This document shows positions 51,027-63,084 of a stretch of DNA of 64,000 nt, piece by piece. This stretch comes from Podarcis gaigeae (Eukaryota), in assembly GCA_964106915.2 (NCBI GenBank), contig OZ066929.1; one strand, written 5' to 3'. Below the pieces are notes generated by a model. That model saw only the letters and a program-made list of their open reading frames with translations, searched no databases and had not been told where the DNA came from. A program made the translations under genes and the position numbers. Every line of letters starts with the position of its first letter. Position 1 is the stretch's first letter.

Positions 51027-54000
51027 TATTACGGTCAAAGATCAGTTCAAGAGGACAAGCAGTAAACTGAAATAGATCATGGGTAGGCAAACTAAGGCCT
51101 GGGGGCCAGATCCGGCCCAATCGCCTTCTTAATCGGGCCCGCGGACGGTCCGGGAATCAGTATGTTTTTACATGGGTTATTTGTGGGGCCTACCTAGTGT
51201 TTTTGCAGGAGCAGAATGTGCACTTTTATTTAAAATGCATCTCTGGGTTATTTGTGGGGCATAGGAGTTCATTCATTATTTTTTTCCAAAATATAGTCTG
51301 GCGCCCCACAAGGTCTGAGGGACAGTGCTGAAAAAGTTTGCTGACCCCTGAACTAGATGTTTCAGAGCATGAATGTTGGCACAGGGCTGTCATTTTCATT
51401 GCATTGCTAAATTCTGGGTGGCAAGTATATATATATAAAAGAACATGTCTGGCACTTTTGAATGCCTCTGTCAGTCAGAGTTGACAGTGCTGGGTTGGAT
51501 GGTCTGACAGCTTCCTTCCACCTAACTATACCTGCTTTGATGTGTGCCATGGCATTCAGCAGCACCGTCACAAAACCCCCAGCACTCTCCAGGTGTGATG
51601 AAAGTATATACAGGAACCTGTTGGTGGCATCATAGTAGGAATCTCTGGCAAACTGAACCTCCGTAGGGCCTTGCTTGGGGACTGCTTGAGCCAAGAGGAG
51701 AACCAGCGCTGGCAAGGAGAAGGCTCTTCCCAGAAGGCGTGTGACAGTGCAGGCAAAGCGGTAAACCACAAAATGGCGAGGGGAGAGGCTGGTGAGGTCA
51801 GTGGGAACCACAGCATCAACAGAAGGTCCTGAAGAAAGGCAGCCATTATCTATGTTTTCTCCTGGAAAAAGGGGACAGAATAATGGAAAGTTGGCACTGA
51901 AAGTCATTCTATAGTCAAATACAGTGTTTCCCAAACTTGGGTCTCCAGCTGTTTTTGGACTACAACTCCCATCATTTCTAGGTATCAAGACCATTGTGGT
52001 CAGGGATGATGGGAATTGTAGTCTAAAAGCAGCTGGACACCCAGGTTTGGGAAACATGGGTCTAGGATCATGCATGAGGAACCTTTGGCCCTCCTGATGT
52101 TGCTGAACTACAGCTCCCATCAGCCCTAGCAAGAAAGGCCAATGGTTAGGGATGATGGGAGTTGTAATTCATCAACATCTGGAGAGCCAAAGGTCCTAAA
52201 GTCTAAAAATAGCACTATTCTGAAAGCAAGTTCTTTATTCCTGAATCACCTCAGTCCCTAAACAAAGCCTTATCCCTGTGTTTGTGAGATGAAAAGGGAT
52301 GTTTGCAAAATGAATAGGGATGTTTCAGGAGTTAGGTTTTTCTTAAATAGTATATTTAGAAACATATATATCTCTGACAGTGAAGGCAGAGCATTGCCAT
52401 CATGGCTAGCAGCCACTGACAGTCTTATCCTCCATGAATTTGTGTAATCTTCTTTTAAAGCCATCCAAAGTTGCTGGCCATCACTGCTTCCTATCGGAGA
52501 GAGTGCCGTGTTCATTTATCTGTCCTGGGAGCTTTCAGCGTTCAGCTTCACTGGATGTCCACAAGCTAGGGCATCATGAGAAAGGAAGACAAGCTTTTCT
52601 CTATCCACTATCTCTGTGCCGTGCATAATTTTATGGCTCCTATCACATCCGCTTCTTAATCACTTTAAACCAAAAAGTCCCAGATAAGATAGCATCTTAA
52701 GGGTTGGCTGCCAGAGACAGTCAGATATAATATAAACGGCCGCCAGAGTGCACATGAGATTTGCTTCCCATCCCCCCACATGTTTCCTGCTTAAGCCCCC
52801 ATAGGTAAAGGTAAAGGGACCCCTGACCATTAGGTCCAGTCATGGCCGACTCTGGGGTTGCAGCGCTCATCTCACTTTACTGGCCGAGGGAGCCGGCGTA
52901 CAGCTTCCAGGTCATGTGGCCAGCAGGACTAAGCAGCTTCTGGCAAACCAAAGCAGCGCACGGAAATGCCGTTTACCTTCCCGCCAGAGTGGTACCTATT
53001 TATCTACTTGCATTTTGACGTGCTTTTGAACTGCTAGGTTGGCAGGAGCAGGGACCGAGCAACGGGAGCTCACCCCGTCGCGGGGATTCGAACCACCGAC
53101 CTCCTGATAGGCAAGTCTAGGCTCTGGGGTTTAACCCACAATGCCACCTGCATCCTTTTTAAACCCTGGAGATTTAAAGAGCAACCTCATCATTCTAAGA
53201 TGGAACGAAGCAAAGCGAAGGAATCACCAAACTACTTTGATGATTTGCATGTGTTTCTATGCATCATTCCCACTTCCTCTCTGAGACAATCCCAAGAAAC
53301 ACAGGGATGATGGGTATCAGAAGATGCAGGAATCAGCTCTATCACCTGGAGCAGGAGGCGAGTGCGGGGGCTGCTGGGATGTCTCCAAAAACTGCTTGAT
53401 CTCGCCCAGGGTCTTGGCAAGGGGGGACGTCGCCATCAGGGCCTCTACTTCCAGCTCACTTACGCAAGCAAGCATGCTGCTCTTGGGAGGCTGCAGGTCC
53501 AACCCTGACAAATACAGACAAGGCATATTATCAGCTGAAGGTGCTGCTTGTAGACTCAGAGAGACAAGGATGAGGATGATGACTTCATGCAGATTACTAA
53601 ATTCATGCAGCGGGGAGGGGCTGTTATGTAACATACTGTCACAAGGGTCACTTGCATGGCCTGAAAAAATGACCTGTACATACATAACTGATGCTCTGAA
53701 GCTTGCAGACCGCATGCGGCTTATGTTTCCATCTAGTGGCAGCTCAGGAGAACTGCATCTCCCAACAACCGCAGACAGGGAGAAACTAGACGGGCAATTA
53801 GGATTTCCTGTGGTTTTGTGTGTATTATTTTAAACTAAGCGGCTGCTCTCAAGATTCCGCACGTTTTGAAAAGTGGTGTTTTCAGAAAGATTGCTAACCA
53901 TTTCCTCCTTTAATCTGATATAAATTGCCCCTTCCTGCTGTTAACACATGCAATTGTTTTGTTCTCAGAAGCCAACAGCATCTCTGGAGGAGCTTCGCTA

Positions 54001-54454
54001 GGGAAAGGGTATGGATGTTTAGGACACCAGCTTCAGTGCTGATGTTTACAAGAGTCCTTTGTGTCTGCAATTTTCACTGGGAGGGGAAAAAATCACCTTT
54101 CAGAGGAGTAAATGAGAGTCCTACCCAGCCATGCAAATTGCATGCGTGCACTGGGGTCATCATGTGTACCTGTGAATGGATGGATATTTCAGTGGATTGG
54201 GTATGTGGATTAGAGAAAGGATGTGGACTGGCTCTATCAACTTTTGTTTCAGGCCCCAAACACATTATCCCAAAGGGTTCTCCTTCCCTGTTCTGTAACC
54301 AGGTAAAAAGGCTGCACACATCCTTACCTTGGTCTTCACAGGCACGAGAGCTAAGGGAGGCCCGTTTCCCACCGGAGAGCACACGCTGTGTCAGGGAGCT
54401 AGTACCCTACACAGGAAATAATGTTCAAATATCACAGGAATGAAAGACAGAGAC

Positions 54455-54503
<49 letters not shown>

Positions 54504-57500
54504 GCCAAAGGGAGACCTTCATTCTTACCGGGCATCTTTGCTGAGTTCCAGCTTGCTCTCGGATAGCCAGGCCAGATCCACTAGCCCCATTGTGCCCCTG
54601 TGCCCCTTCTGGCTTCGCCGTCACCTTCCCAAAATGGATTTTTCGCAGCAAAATCCCCAGGACTTTCATTAACTCTGTTGCCTCCTGCCACTCAGAACCT
54701 AAAAGAATTCAGCAAGGCATTAATCAGTTAATACAGCTTCCTAAACAGCCTGTAAGCAGCTGTTTTCATGCCTCTTGGAGATTTGTTCATGAACACAGCT
54801 ACATTCGGAGCAAAGAAGCAAGCTCCATGGGTCACCACAAGTGTCACAGTGAAATATCCATAAGAAAAGAGACAATTAAAAGGTGCAAAGGAGAATTTTA
54901 AAAATGAAAAACACACTGTTATTTGCTTTCACATTTTGGTCAATTTTAATGGGTGCCTGGCACTTGTAGAAAATCCCTTTTTAAAAAAATGGCAGGGAAG
55001 TGTTCTGTTTTCCCTGTTTTCCCAGCTCTCTCACCTGAGTAGCCCATTGCTTGCAAGACTCCAGAAAGCTTGATGGAGGAGCTCTCACTTTCTTGGGTCT
55101 CCTTGGCAGAACTGAAGGTGACCTGGGCTCTATCCCTGGTGACTGTGGACCGTTCCATGCCCTTCAATGCATCCATGTCCACTGTCTGTACCAGATCCTA
55201 CAAACAGAGATCAACAGCCTTAATGCTTTACTGATGTCTCAGATTTTATGACCTCATCAAATTGCTTTTGCCTTCATTGGGGAACATTACATTGCTTAGG
55301 AAAATAGGAAGCTGCCTTATGGAAAGGTCAGACTATTGCCCATCAAACTTTTGAGTGGCAGAGGCTTTCCAGGGTCTGAGGCAGAGAGAATGGCACTGGG
55401 CCCTGTAAACCAGGGATAAGGAACTTCAGTCTCTTTTTTTGCCAGGGGTGCATGTCAAATGTGGCCCTCCACTCCTCTCTATCTGGCCCTCGGCACTCTC
55501 CCCACACCACACCCCTTCCCAGCCAGCCACACCCTCTCTCCATAGGCCACACCCCTCAGGGGCCCTGCTTCATTTGTTGCTCCACCCACTTTATCTCTGG
55601 TTCTGCCAGCCACTGCATGTGGCCCCCAGAAAGTGGCCCGGAAGAGACTGCTACCTTTGGATTGAAAAAGGTTCGCCAGCCCTGCTACAAACATTTCCTA
55701 GTGAGCTGCTCTGGAAATCTGAATCACCCATCTCCTTAACCAAGACTTTCCCTTGGTATGTCTCACCAAGCCTCACACCAGACCTACCCTGCCTCACCTC
55801 AGTAATCCAGTCTGCTGTTTTCCTCTGCCAGCCCATTCATGACTATGCCGCCTGTTCCTGGCCCACAAGCCCATTGCCACATGCCAGGGCCCAGATTTCA
55901 TGGTGGCCTGTTTCAAGCCAGACCCCAGGCCTGACAGTCCCCTAATTCCCCAGCAGCCATCAGGGGGGCGCCTCCTTTCAGCTTCAAGCTTATTGTAATT
56001 TAGCCACATCAATGGTGCTCGTAGGTGTGCATTAATGTATGCTAGGGCAGAAACATTTAATGAGGGCCAGGGATCTAAAACCTGCCAATGTTGAAGGACC
56101 TTGCCTGAGCGGACAGACTCAGGGGCAACACCTCTTTGTTGCCCAGAAGTGTGAAATTTATTGCTATATTCTGCCCCAGTGGAGTTTTGGTACCTACATC
56201 TAGAATGGCCACCACCATGTGATTGGTCAAGAGTCATGATCTAGCTAATCTGGTCCATAGATGGGCAGGTGCATTATACCTATTAGTAACCCATTCAGGT
56301 GAGTGCAGTGCTCCAGTTCGTTGGAAATAAAGTGGGGTCAAAAGCAAATGAGCAAATATATTTCTACACATATGCTTCCCTCCTCACAACACTGACCAAA
56401 AGACTCTGGATCTTCTGGCTGATGCCTCGGTAGAAGGCCAGGACATCTGCCCGGTGTTTTGCTAGCTGCGATGCCAAGTGAAGGTTCTGGTCCTCCAGCT
56501 TGTCATATAAAGTGCGGACGCTGAAATCTTCCAGGTCTTTTGTTGCAAACTGGTCGCCTGAAACAAAGGCAGCTTATCCATTTAATTGACTAAGACCTTA
56601 GGTATAAAGGAAAAAAAGCTTTGCGGTCCTTATATTGATTTATTTCTTGGTGGTGGGAAGGGAGAAAAAGAAGCTCAGAAATGGAGAGGCTCTTCTGGTA
56701 ACTCTCCCTTCTTATCTTGTCTTCAAAAATGGCAATGGGATGAATGGTTGGGACAGAAGAATCCAGGTTCAAATCCATGCTCAGCCACATAGCTTGCTGG
56801 ATATACTGGAACAATCTCTCTCTCCCCCCCCCCCTTCTCTCTCAGTCTAAACTACTGCACAGGATTTCTGTGGTGAAACAACAACAACTGGGCAGACTGC
56901 ATGAAAAACCAGCCTGATAAGAACATAGGGAAAACTCTGGATCTGTACAAAGGCCCATCAAGTCCAGCTTCCTGTTCTTACAGCTCCTACCCAGGTCCGA
57001 GATGCGTATGGGAAGACCAGAAGTAGGACCTGGGTGCAACCACCACCTTCCCACTTGTGGGTCCCAGCCAGTGGTATTTAGAGGCCTCCTGCCTCTGGCA
57101 GTGGAAGTAGAGCAGCCACTGATCACCTTATCTTGACCTTGGGAAATGATCGTGCCAGCCTGTCTCACCTGATGCTGAATCTTCTACCATTCCAGCCCCA
57201 GGTGAAGACCTTTTTGAATCCCTTGAAGATCTACCCTAGAAGTTGGGGGCTGCACACAAATGTGGTCAGACATCCTTTCCCAAACTGGTGTCCTCCAGAT
57301 GTTGCTTGACTACAACTCCCATCAGTCTGAGCAAGCATTGGCCTATATGGTTTTGCATGTACAAAACCATCTGAAAGGCACCAAGTTGGGGAACGCTATT
57401 AATGAGGGTGAAAGAGGAGAGCGCAAAATATGGTCTGAAGCTCAACATCAAAAAAACGAAGATCATGGCCACTGTTCCCATCACCTCCTGGCAAATAGAA

Positions 57501-60500
57501 GGGGAAGAAATGGAGGCAGTGAGAAATTTTACTTTCTTGGGCTCCATGATCACTGCAGATGGTGACAGCAGCCATGAAACTAAAAGATGCCTGCTTCTTG
57601 GGAGAAAAGCAATGACAAACCTAGACAGCATTGTAAAAAGCAGAGACATCACCTTACCGACAAAGGTCCGTATAGTTAAAGCTATGGTTTTCCCAGTAGT
57701 GATGTATGGAAGTGAGAGCTGGACCATAAAGAAGGCTGATTGCCAAAGAATTGATGCTTTTGCATTATGGTGCTGGAGGAGACTCTTGAGAGTCCCATGG
57801 ACTGCAAGAAGATCAAACATATCTATTCTGAAGGAAATCAGCCCTGAGTGCTCACTGGAAGGACAGATCATGAAGCTGAGGTTCCAATACTTTGGCCACC
57901 TAATGAGAAGAGAAGACTCCCTGGAAAAGACCCTGATGTTGGGAAAGATTGAGGGCACAAGGAGAAGGGGATGACAGGATGAGATGGCTGGACAGTGTTC
58001 TCAAAGCTACCAGCATGAGTTTGACCAAACTGCAGGAGGCAGTGGAAGACAGGAGTGCCTGGTGTGCTCTGGTCCATGGGGTCACGAAGAGTCTGACACG
58101 ACTAAACAACAACAACATGTAAGAAAGAGAGTGTGTGACACATTATTGAATGAGAATGAATAGAAGTGGGAACTACAACAAAATGTGGCAGTGTGAAGTG
58201 CTCCATGCTCAGGATTCAAACTATTGCATTCCATTTCTCTTGCCTCCCCCCCCCCCCCAGTTTTTCACCTCATCCCCTCCTCATCAGTGAGCATCCCATG
58301 CCCTCTGAGCAAGCCCGTAGAGCTGTTTTAGGGTTTTCGCTTACCCCCTCCTTTTAAGGTTTTCCCTGCTAAACATTTGATGCTGCCCGTTTGTGCCTGG
58401 GTGATGTCATTTTACACAAGCAATGCCATTCACAGCCTGAACTTCAGGAATACAGGGAAGGATCATGCAGAACTTTGGCTAAGTGGGTCAAAACCTGAAA
58501 TCAGTCCCCAGAAAACCACAAGATTGGAAGCAAATATTGACAGTTTTCACAGCGTCCCTAGTGAGGTGCCCTAGATACTTCCAAAGTGTTAATTATCAGC
58601 TTTTATTAGTCTGGTATGATGTGCGCATGACATTCAAGCCATTCAGGGTGCAATATATATATATATATTTGTGTGCTCATTTAAATCCACTTTATAGGTT
58701 CAGAAGTTACTCTTGGCCACTCACAGTGCTCATAAGAATGGTCTATCAGTGTGAGTGGTATTGTGTGAACTAGGAGCACACAAATTTCAGAAGCAGCAAT
58801 GGCCATTATCACTAATCCTTCAATGCGTAATTTTAATGATTATTTTTTGCTAAAGCTGTAATAGCTGAGATCTGCAAATTCACAGAGGGCACCACTTGGG
58901 CATTTGTAGTTCTTAGGTGAATTACAAAAGTTCCCAAGGTATCCACAGTGGCCTTTTCATACATCAGACTTGTTTGGAAGCCTAATTCTAGGTCCCTAAT
59001 GAGTTCATGTGCATGACACATGTATTTGCAAGCACAAATTTGCCTCCACTTTTCATTTTCTGGTGTACACATCAAACATCCTAGGTCTACAACTTAACTG
59101 AGAGAATTTAGTAAACTAACTGTCAGGGTGACAGTGGGAAATGAAATGCCCTTCCTTGATTTTTTCAGTGATTTTTTTGTAGCGGAACCACCCCCAAAGA
59201 GTGTAAACACTGCCATCTGCTGGACATAGCTCCACCTGCACTATCATCAGTAAATGCTTCCACCTTGGAGATCTCACAGACTTACATTCTCATCTGACTA
59301 AAACAAACGTTACTGCACCATAGTGAGTTATCCGGAGAACAGGCAAGCGTGATCAATATACCTTTGCCAAACCTGTGCCCTGCAAATGTTTTGGACTACA
59401 ACTCCCATAATGCATAGCAATTGTTTAATTTGGTCTGGGGGTGATGGGTGTTATAGTACAAAGCAACTTGAGGGCTCCAGGTTGGAGGGAAACCAGTTTA
59501 GAGGGAACCAGTGGGGAGTGCTAATCCATACCCACATCAAATAACCCCACAAATTCTGAAAAAGTCCAGGAAACCAGCCACCAGAGCGTATGTGCCATTG
59601 CTACCAAGCAATTGATGTTCAGCTTTAAAATGGCCCTTGCATGTGCAAATGAACAGTATTCATTTTCTCCCCTCTGGGAGGTGTGACTTTCCAAAAACAT
59701 CCCATGCTGGATTGTAGCTTCAATTACAGCACATGTCTTGCTTCAGTGTTTTGGGGTTGCTTTGGCAAAGTCGTTTCGGGTCAGGGATTTCCCATGTCAG
59801 GACTGGAGATCAAAATTGCTTGCCAGCATTTGGGTGTCTGTGTGGGAGGGGGGAATATGCAACATTCACCTGCCTGTTTGTGAGAACATGGAGCCTAATC
59901 TTCCAAAACAAAGTCTTACCTAATCCTGGGAAAGTTCCCTCTCCTGCATCAGGTTCTTCTCCAGATCCCTGGGAGCCAAGAGCTTCATAGAACTGGATGC
60001 TACAAGAACAGGGGGAGAAATGCACACAAGAGCTTGAGAAAGTGCCTCTTTTAAAAAGGCTGTCTCTTGTGTTGAGACTAGGGATGGGAAGATCTGTTAA
60101 CTGGGAGTACTCTCATTTTCTTATTTCCCCTCCTCACTCATAGAGGAGAAGGCTATCTATGGCTACTAGGCATTACAGTGGTACCTCAGATTAAGTACAT
60201 TAATTTTGGGAATACGTACAACAAAATTAGAATCTGGTAAAATTTTATTTTTATGGTTTATTACTGTTTATATTTTGAAATAGGTATACAGTGGTACCTC
60301 GGGTTAAGTACTTAATTCGTTCCGGAGGTCTGTTCTTAACCTGAAACTGTTCTTAACCTGAAGCACCATTTTAGCTAATGGGGCCTCCTGCTGCTGCCAC
60401 GCCGTCGGAGCACGATTTCTGTTCTCATCCTGAAGCAAAGTTCTTAACCCAAGGTACTATTTCTGGGTGAGCGGAGTCTGTAACCTGAAGCTTATGTAAC

Positions 60501-62329
60501 CTGAAGCATCTGTAACCTGAGGTACCACTGTATGGCTATGCTTTGCCTCCACAGTTAGAGGCAGCTGAGGTAGAAATTCTGCAAAACCCATGACCAGGAA
60601 GGCCATTGCCGCTATGCAAGTGTGCAGCCTGGCCACAAAACTGACAGTAATCAGTTTTGAAGGAACCTAACTTTCTACTGGAGTGGAAAACAATCCCAGA
60701 TAAGATGCAAGGAGGGCTCTGCACATACAGCAAAAAACAATAACAATACCATAGGTTGAATAAGTGTTTTTAAGAACTATAGTTGGGTGAAGTGTTGGGG
60801 TGGCAAAATGTGGTTGAACAAATAGCCAAGATTATGTATATTTCTCAAAGAGGACTTGTGCGAATGGAATGCTCTCACAGACTCTTTTGGACTCTGTCCT
60901 GTAATACATGACTGAATATAAGAGTCTGACTAATTGGGAATCTGGTCTGAGCCTCTGTATTGAATCTCCAAAGAGAATTTTCTTCCATGCAGTAATGCTG
61001 CTGAACTGCAGGATGGGGTATTCCTCTTGTGATTGGGTCTTCCTTGCAAGTTTCCCATGGGTATCTGGCTGCCCACTGTAAGACCAGGATGCTGGACTAA
61101 GGTGGGCCATTCGCCTGACCTAACAGGTTCTTCTTATGTTCATTTATTCACATTCACACATCAGTTTATAATTTTTAGTTTTCTTTTTAAAAAACACACA
61201 AGCTGCCCCTGTTTGTTTTAAGAACGAAATTTCTGTTTGTTGCCCCAAGTCAGGATGGGGGAAGAAATTCAATTCAGTTTGCTTTGATAGGTGAACCTAC
61301 CTAATTCACACTTTTCAGAACAATGCATGAACAAGGCATCCTATGAAATTTGCACTTTTCCTGATTTCACAGTGCACTTTTAAAGTCAAGCAATTGTACA
61401 AAAAGGTATGGATTGGGCAAAAGTATGCATAAAGCTGCACATATTAATGAAAAAAGCCTGTCCAATGCCACCCACCACACCCCGGGGCCACCAGGCCTGA
61501 TGGGGGGAAGGGGGAGGCTGCGTGAAGCGGTGCTGCCCCCCCACGGCCCACGCCACCACCAGAGGCACAGGGGCGCAGCCAGAAAGCCCCCCGCACCACT
61601 ACCTGCCACCTCAGGGCAGCCAGGCCTGCCCAAGGGAGGGGATCACCTTTAAAAGGGGATCCTGAGATCAAGTGCTCCTCACCATCCCTTTGAGGCCCTG
61701 TGGTGGTGGGGGGAGAGGCGAAAGACCCCAGGTCTGTCTTTGGAGCAAGGAAGTCCAGCAAAGTCTTTTCCAAAGAAACTCTGGAGCCAACTGTTGATTC
61801 CCAGATAAGATCCTCCCCCTATTGTGTGGGCAGGGTGGTCCCTCCCCCTACCTGGCCTGATCACCTTGGCAACACCTCCCCAGGCGGGATTGGGCAACTG
61901 GCTGAGGTAGGCGGAGACCTCCAGGTATTCCACCTGGAGAAGGCGAAGCCAAGCCTGTGCTAATGGTGCCGCATAGGGTCCAGGGGGCTGCAGCTGCACA
62001 TGACCATGCAAAGGGCACCTCCCATTTAATGTGGGGAGCGGTTATGGGAGGGATCACAAACTGATGTGGAAATGTGAAGAACCGAAGATTGAAAAAAAAT
62101 TAGAATCTGAGAGACAGTAGAATTGATGCCCAAGGTGGCATAGGTGATGAGGCTTCCGTCACTCACCTCTCTTTAATGAGCACATACTCTGGGGGGATGT
62201 GTGGTTCTCCCAAGCTCCTCCACCGCGGCTTCCAGCTCTTCATTGGGCTTGGAGCAGAGATGGGATGCCTCAGGAGAACAACTAAGGCTGTCAACACCAC
62301 AGTGAGGAACCCCAGGATGAAAAGCACAG
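40122..62329 (-). CDS. 3' 13 exons (~666 aa) of a large uncharacterised membrane protein, probably a GCC2_GCC3/ephrin-receptor-like cysteine-repeat family member (mouse Gm32742/Gm9195, zebrafish si:ch211-286b4.4-like); 5' end outside window
   Basis: 13 GT-AG exons with fully consistent phases, 2003 nt, ending in TGA at 40122. Contains TM helix [19 protein letters not shown], motif [24 protein letters not shown], conserved-looking block [12 protein letters not shown]...[11 protein letters not shown]...AMAHIKA, and a C-terminal coiled coil. Family call from recalled motifs only. Confidence 0.85.
40509..42097 (-). mobile_element. Rex1/Babar-type non-LTR retrotransposon, 5'-truncated, intact RT frame
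   Basis: ORF 42079..40706 (457 aa) with [48 protein letters not shown] and a DUF1891-like C-terminus ([11 protein letters not shown]). 3'UTR has AATAAA and a (TCTA)n tail; possible short TSD CTTA. Confidence 0.9.
42696..42839 (-). CDS. Large gene exon l (acidic coiled coil, [18 protein letters not shown])
   Basis: ttctag/gtatgt, 144 nt. Confidence 0.83.
44152..44281 (-). CDS. Large gene exon k ([14 protein letters not shown])
   Basis: tctcag/gtagct, 130 nt. Confidence 0.8.
47477..47592 (-). CDS. Large gene exon j ([16 protein letters not shown])
   Basis: tttcag/gtagct, 116 nt. Confidence 0.8.
47940..47970. repeat. (TTG)n microsatellite
   Basis: Direct read. Confidence 0.9.
48472..48697. 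mobile_element. Tigger-like MITE, same family
   Basis: TA-CAGTGG...CCACTG-TA. Confidence 0.85.
48990..49350 (-). mobile_element. L2-type LINE 3' end with (ATT)n tail
   Basis: ccccgcccatctggctgggtttccccagccactctgggcggc, also present at 38228. Confidence 0.7.
49566..49684 (-). CDS. Large gene exon i ([17 protein letters not shown])
   Basis: tcccag/gtaata, 119 nt. Confidence 0.8.
50754..50910 (-). mobile_element. CR1 LINE 3' end
   Basis: atagaatcatag...tctagtccaacccc...aaacctc..aggaaggagagtccac, similar to the 16628 copy. Confidence 0.75.
50992..51025. repeat. (ATC)n microsatellite
   Basis: Direct read. Confidence 0.9.
51078..51350. mobile_element. hAT MITE; same family at 15057-15305 and 48209-48457
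   Basis: TIR CATGGGTAGGCAAACT/AGTTTGCTGACCCCTG; 8-bp TSD aaatagat/aactagat. Confidence 0.82.
51532..51861 (-). CDS. Large gene exon h ([12 protein letters not shown]...AMAHIKA)
   Basis: ttccag/gtatag, 330 nt. Confidence 0.87.
52804..53156 (-). mobile_element. Sauria SINE, full length
   Basis: Reverse complement of the 37813 copy; ggtaaaggtaaaggg tail. Confidence 0.9.
53346..53504 (-). CDS. Large gene exon g ([18 protein letters not shown])
   Basis: tgtcag/gtgata, 159 nt; other in-frame acceptors lie slightly upstream. Confidence 0.75.
54328..54406 (-). CDS. Large gene exon f
   Basis: gtgtag/gtaagg, 79 nt; needed for the phase 0 to 1 switch. Confidence 0.72.
54458..54500. repeat. (AG)n microsatellite in a 122-nt intron of the large gene
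   Basis: Direct read. Confidence 0.9.
54529..54698 (-). CDS. Large gene exon e
   Basis: ttttag/gtaaga, 170 nt. Confidence 0.78.
55035..55197 (-). CDS. Large gene exon d
   Basis: ttgtag/gtgaga, 163 nt. Confidence 0.8.
56397..56557 (-). CDS. Large gene exon c ([24 protein letters not shown])
   Basis: tttcag/gtcagt, 161 nt. Confidence 0.88.
57400..58116 (+). mobile_element. Bov-B (RTE) LINE 3' fragment
   Basis: ORF 57402..57974 with [45 protein letters not shown]; (CAA)n tail. Confidence 0.92.
59920..59999 (-). CDS. Large gene exon b
   Basis: ttgtag/gtaaga, 80 nt; bridges phase 2 to phase 1 as required. Confidence 0.8.
60176..60530. mobile_element. Composite Tigger-like MITE (extra TIR + filler + full copy at 60289-60530)
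   Basis: Two CAGTGGTACCTC left ends and one right end; TA TSD. Confidence 0.75.
62167..62329 (-). CDS. Large gene exon a (TM helix, [11 protein letters not shown])
   Basis: ttttcag/gtgagt, 163 nt. Confidence 0.85.
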
Positions 62330-62732
62330 CTGAAAAGGCAGGAGAACACAGTGGTGATTAAACAAAGGGAAGCTGGTCACCACGATTTCTTCTCAGAGGC
62401 CTGATGTGGTCTAAGGGAAGTTCTTGAGTTCCCTTCCCCTGCTCCACTTTATCCAGGTGGCATCCATTAATGGTTCACAGTTCATGCTTCCTTCCACCAC
62501 CTGCTTAACACCCCCCATAGCCTCCCAGCAGGCATTTCTCTATGGTTCAGGTGCCTCACACTAGTCCACATGGCTTCTTTGGCCTGAACTGACCATCCTT
62601 CAGAGGCAGCAGGGCTAAAGCTGAAGAGGCAGAGTTTGCAGCAGAAATGGGGACCTGTGTCCCTCCGGGTGCTTTTGGACTCTGTGGATTTATTTGAATT
62701 AAGTTTTAGTTGGCATTGTGTAATGTGTTCTG

Positions 62733-63084
62733 GAGGAGACTCTTGAGAGTCCCATGGACTGCAAGAAGATCAAACGTATCCATTCTTAAGGAAATCAGCC
62801 CTGAGTGCTCACTGGAAGGACAGATCATGAAGCTGAGGCTCCAATACTTTGGCCACTTCATGAGAAGAGAAGACTCCCTGGAAAAGACCCTGATGTTGGG
62901 AAAGATGGAGGGCACAAGGAGAAGGGGACAACAGAGGATGAGATGGTTGGATGGTGTTCTTGAAGCTTCCAGCATGAGTTTGATCAAACTGCGGGAGGCA
63001 GTGGAGGACAGAAGTGCCTGGCGTGCTCTGGTCCATGGGGTCACGAAGAGTCGGACACGACTAAACGACTAAACAACAAACAAC
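62733..63084 (+). mobile_element. Bov-B LINE 3' fragment
   Basis: [15 protein letters not shown]...GVTKSRTRLND; CAA tail; TSD GTGTTCTG. Confidence 0.92.

Noticed and set aside
51862-52132. N-terminal part of the 241-aa ORF 51407..52132
   Set aside because: Derived from hAT MITEs upstream of the true acceptor at 51862-51864
57266-57958. 230-aa minus-strand ORF
   Set aside because: Antisense shadow of Bov-B ORF, repeated at the other Bov-B copies
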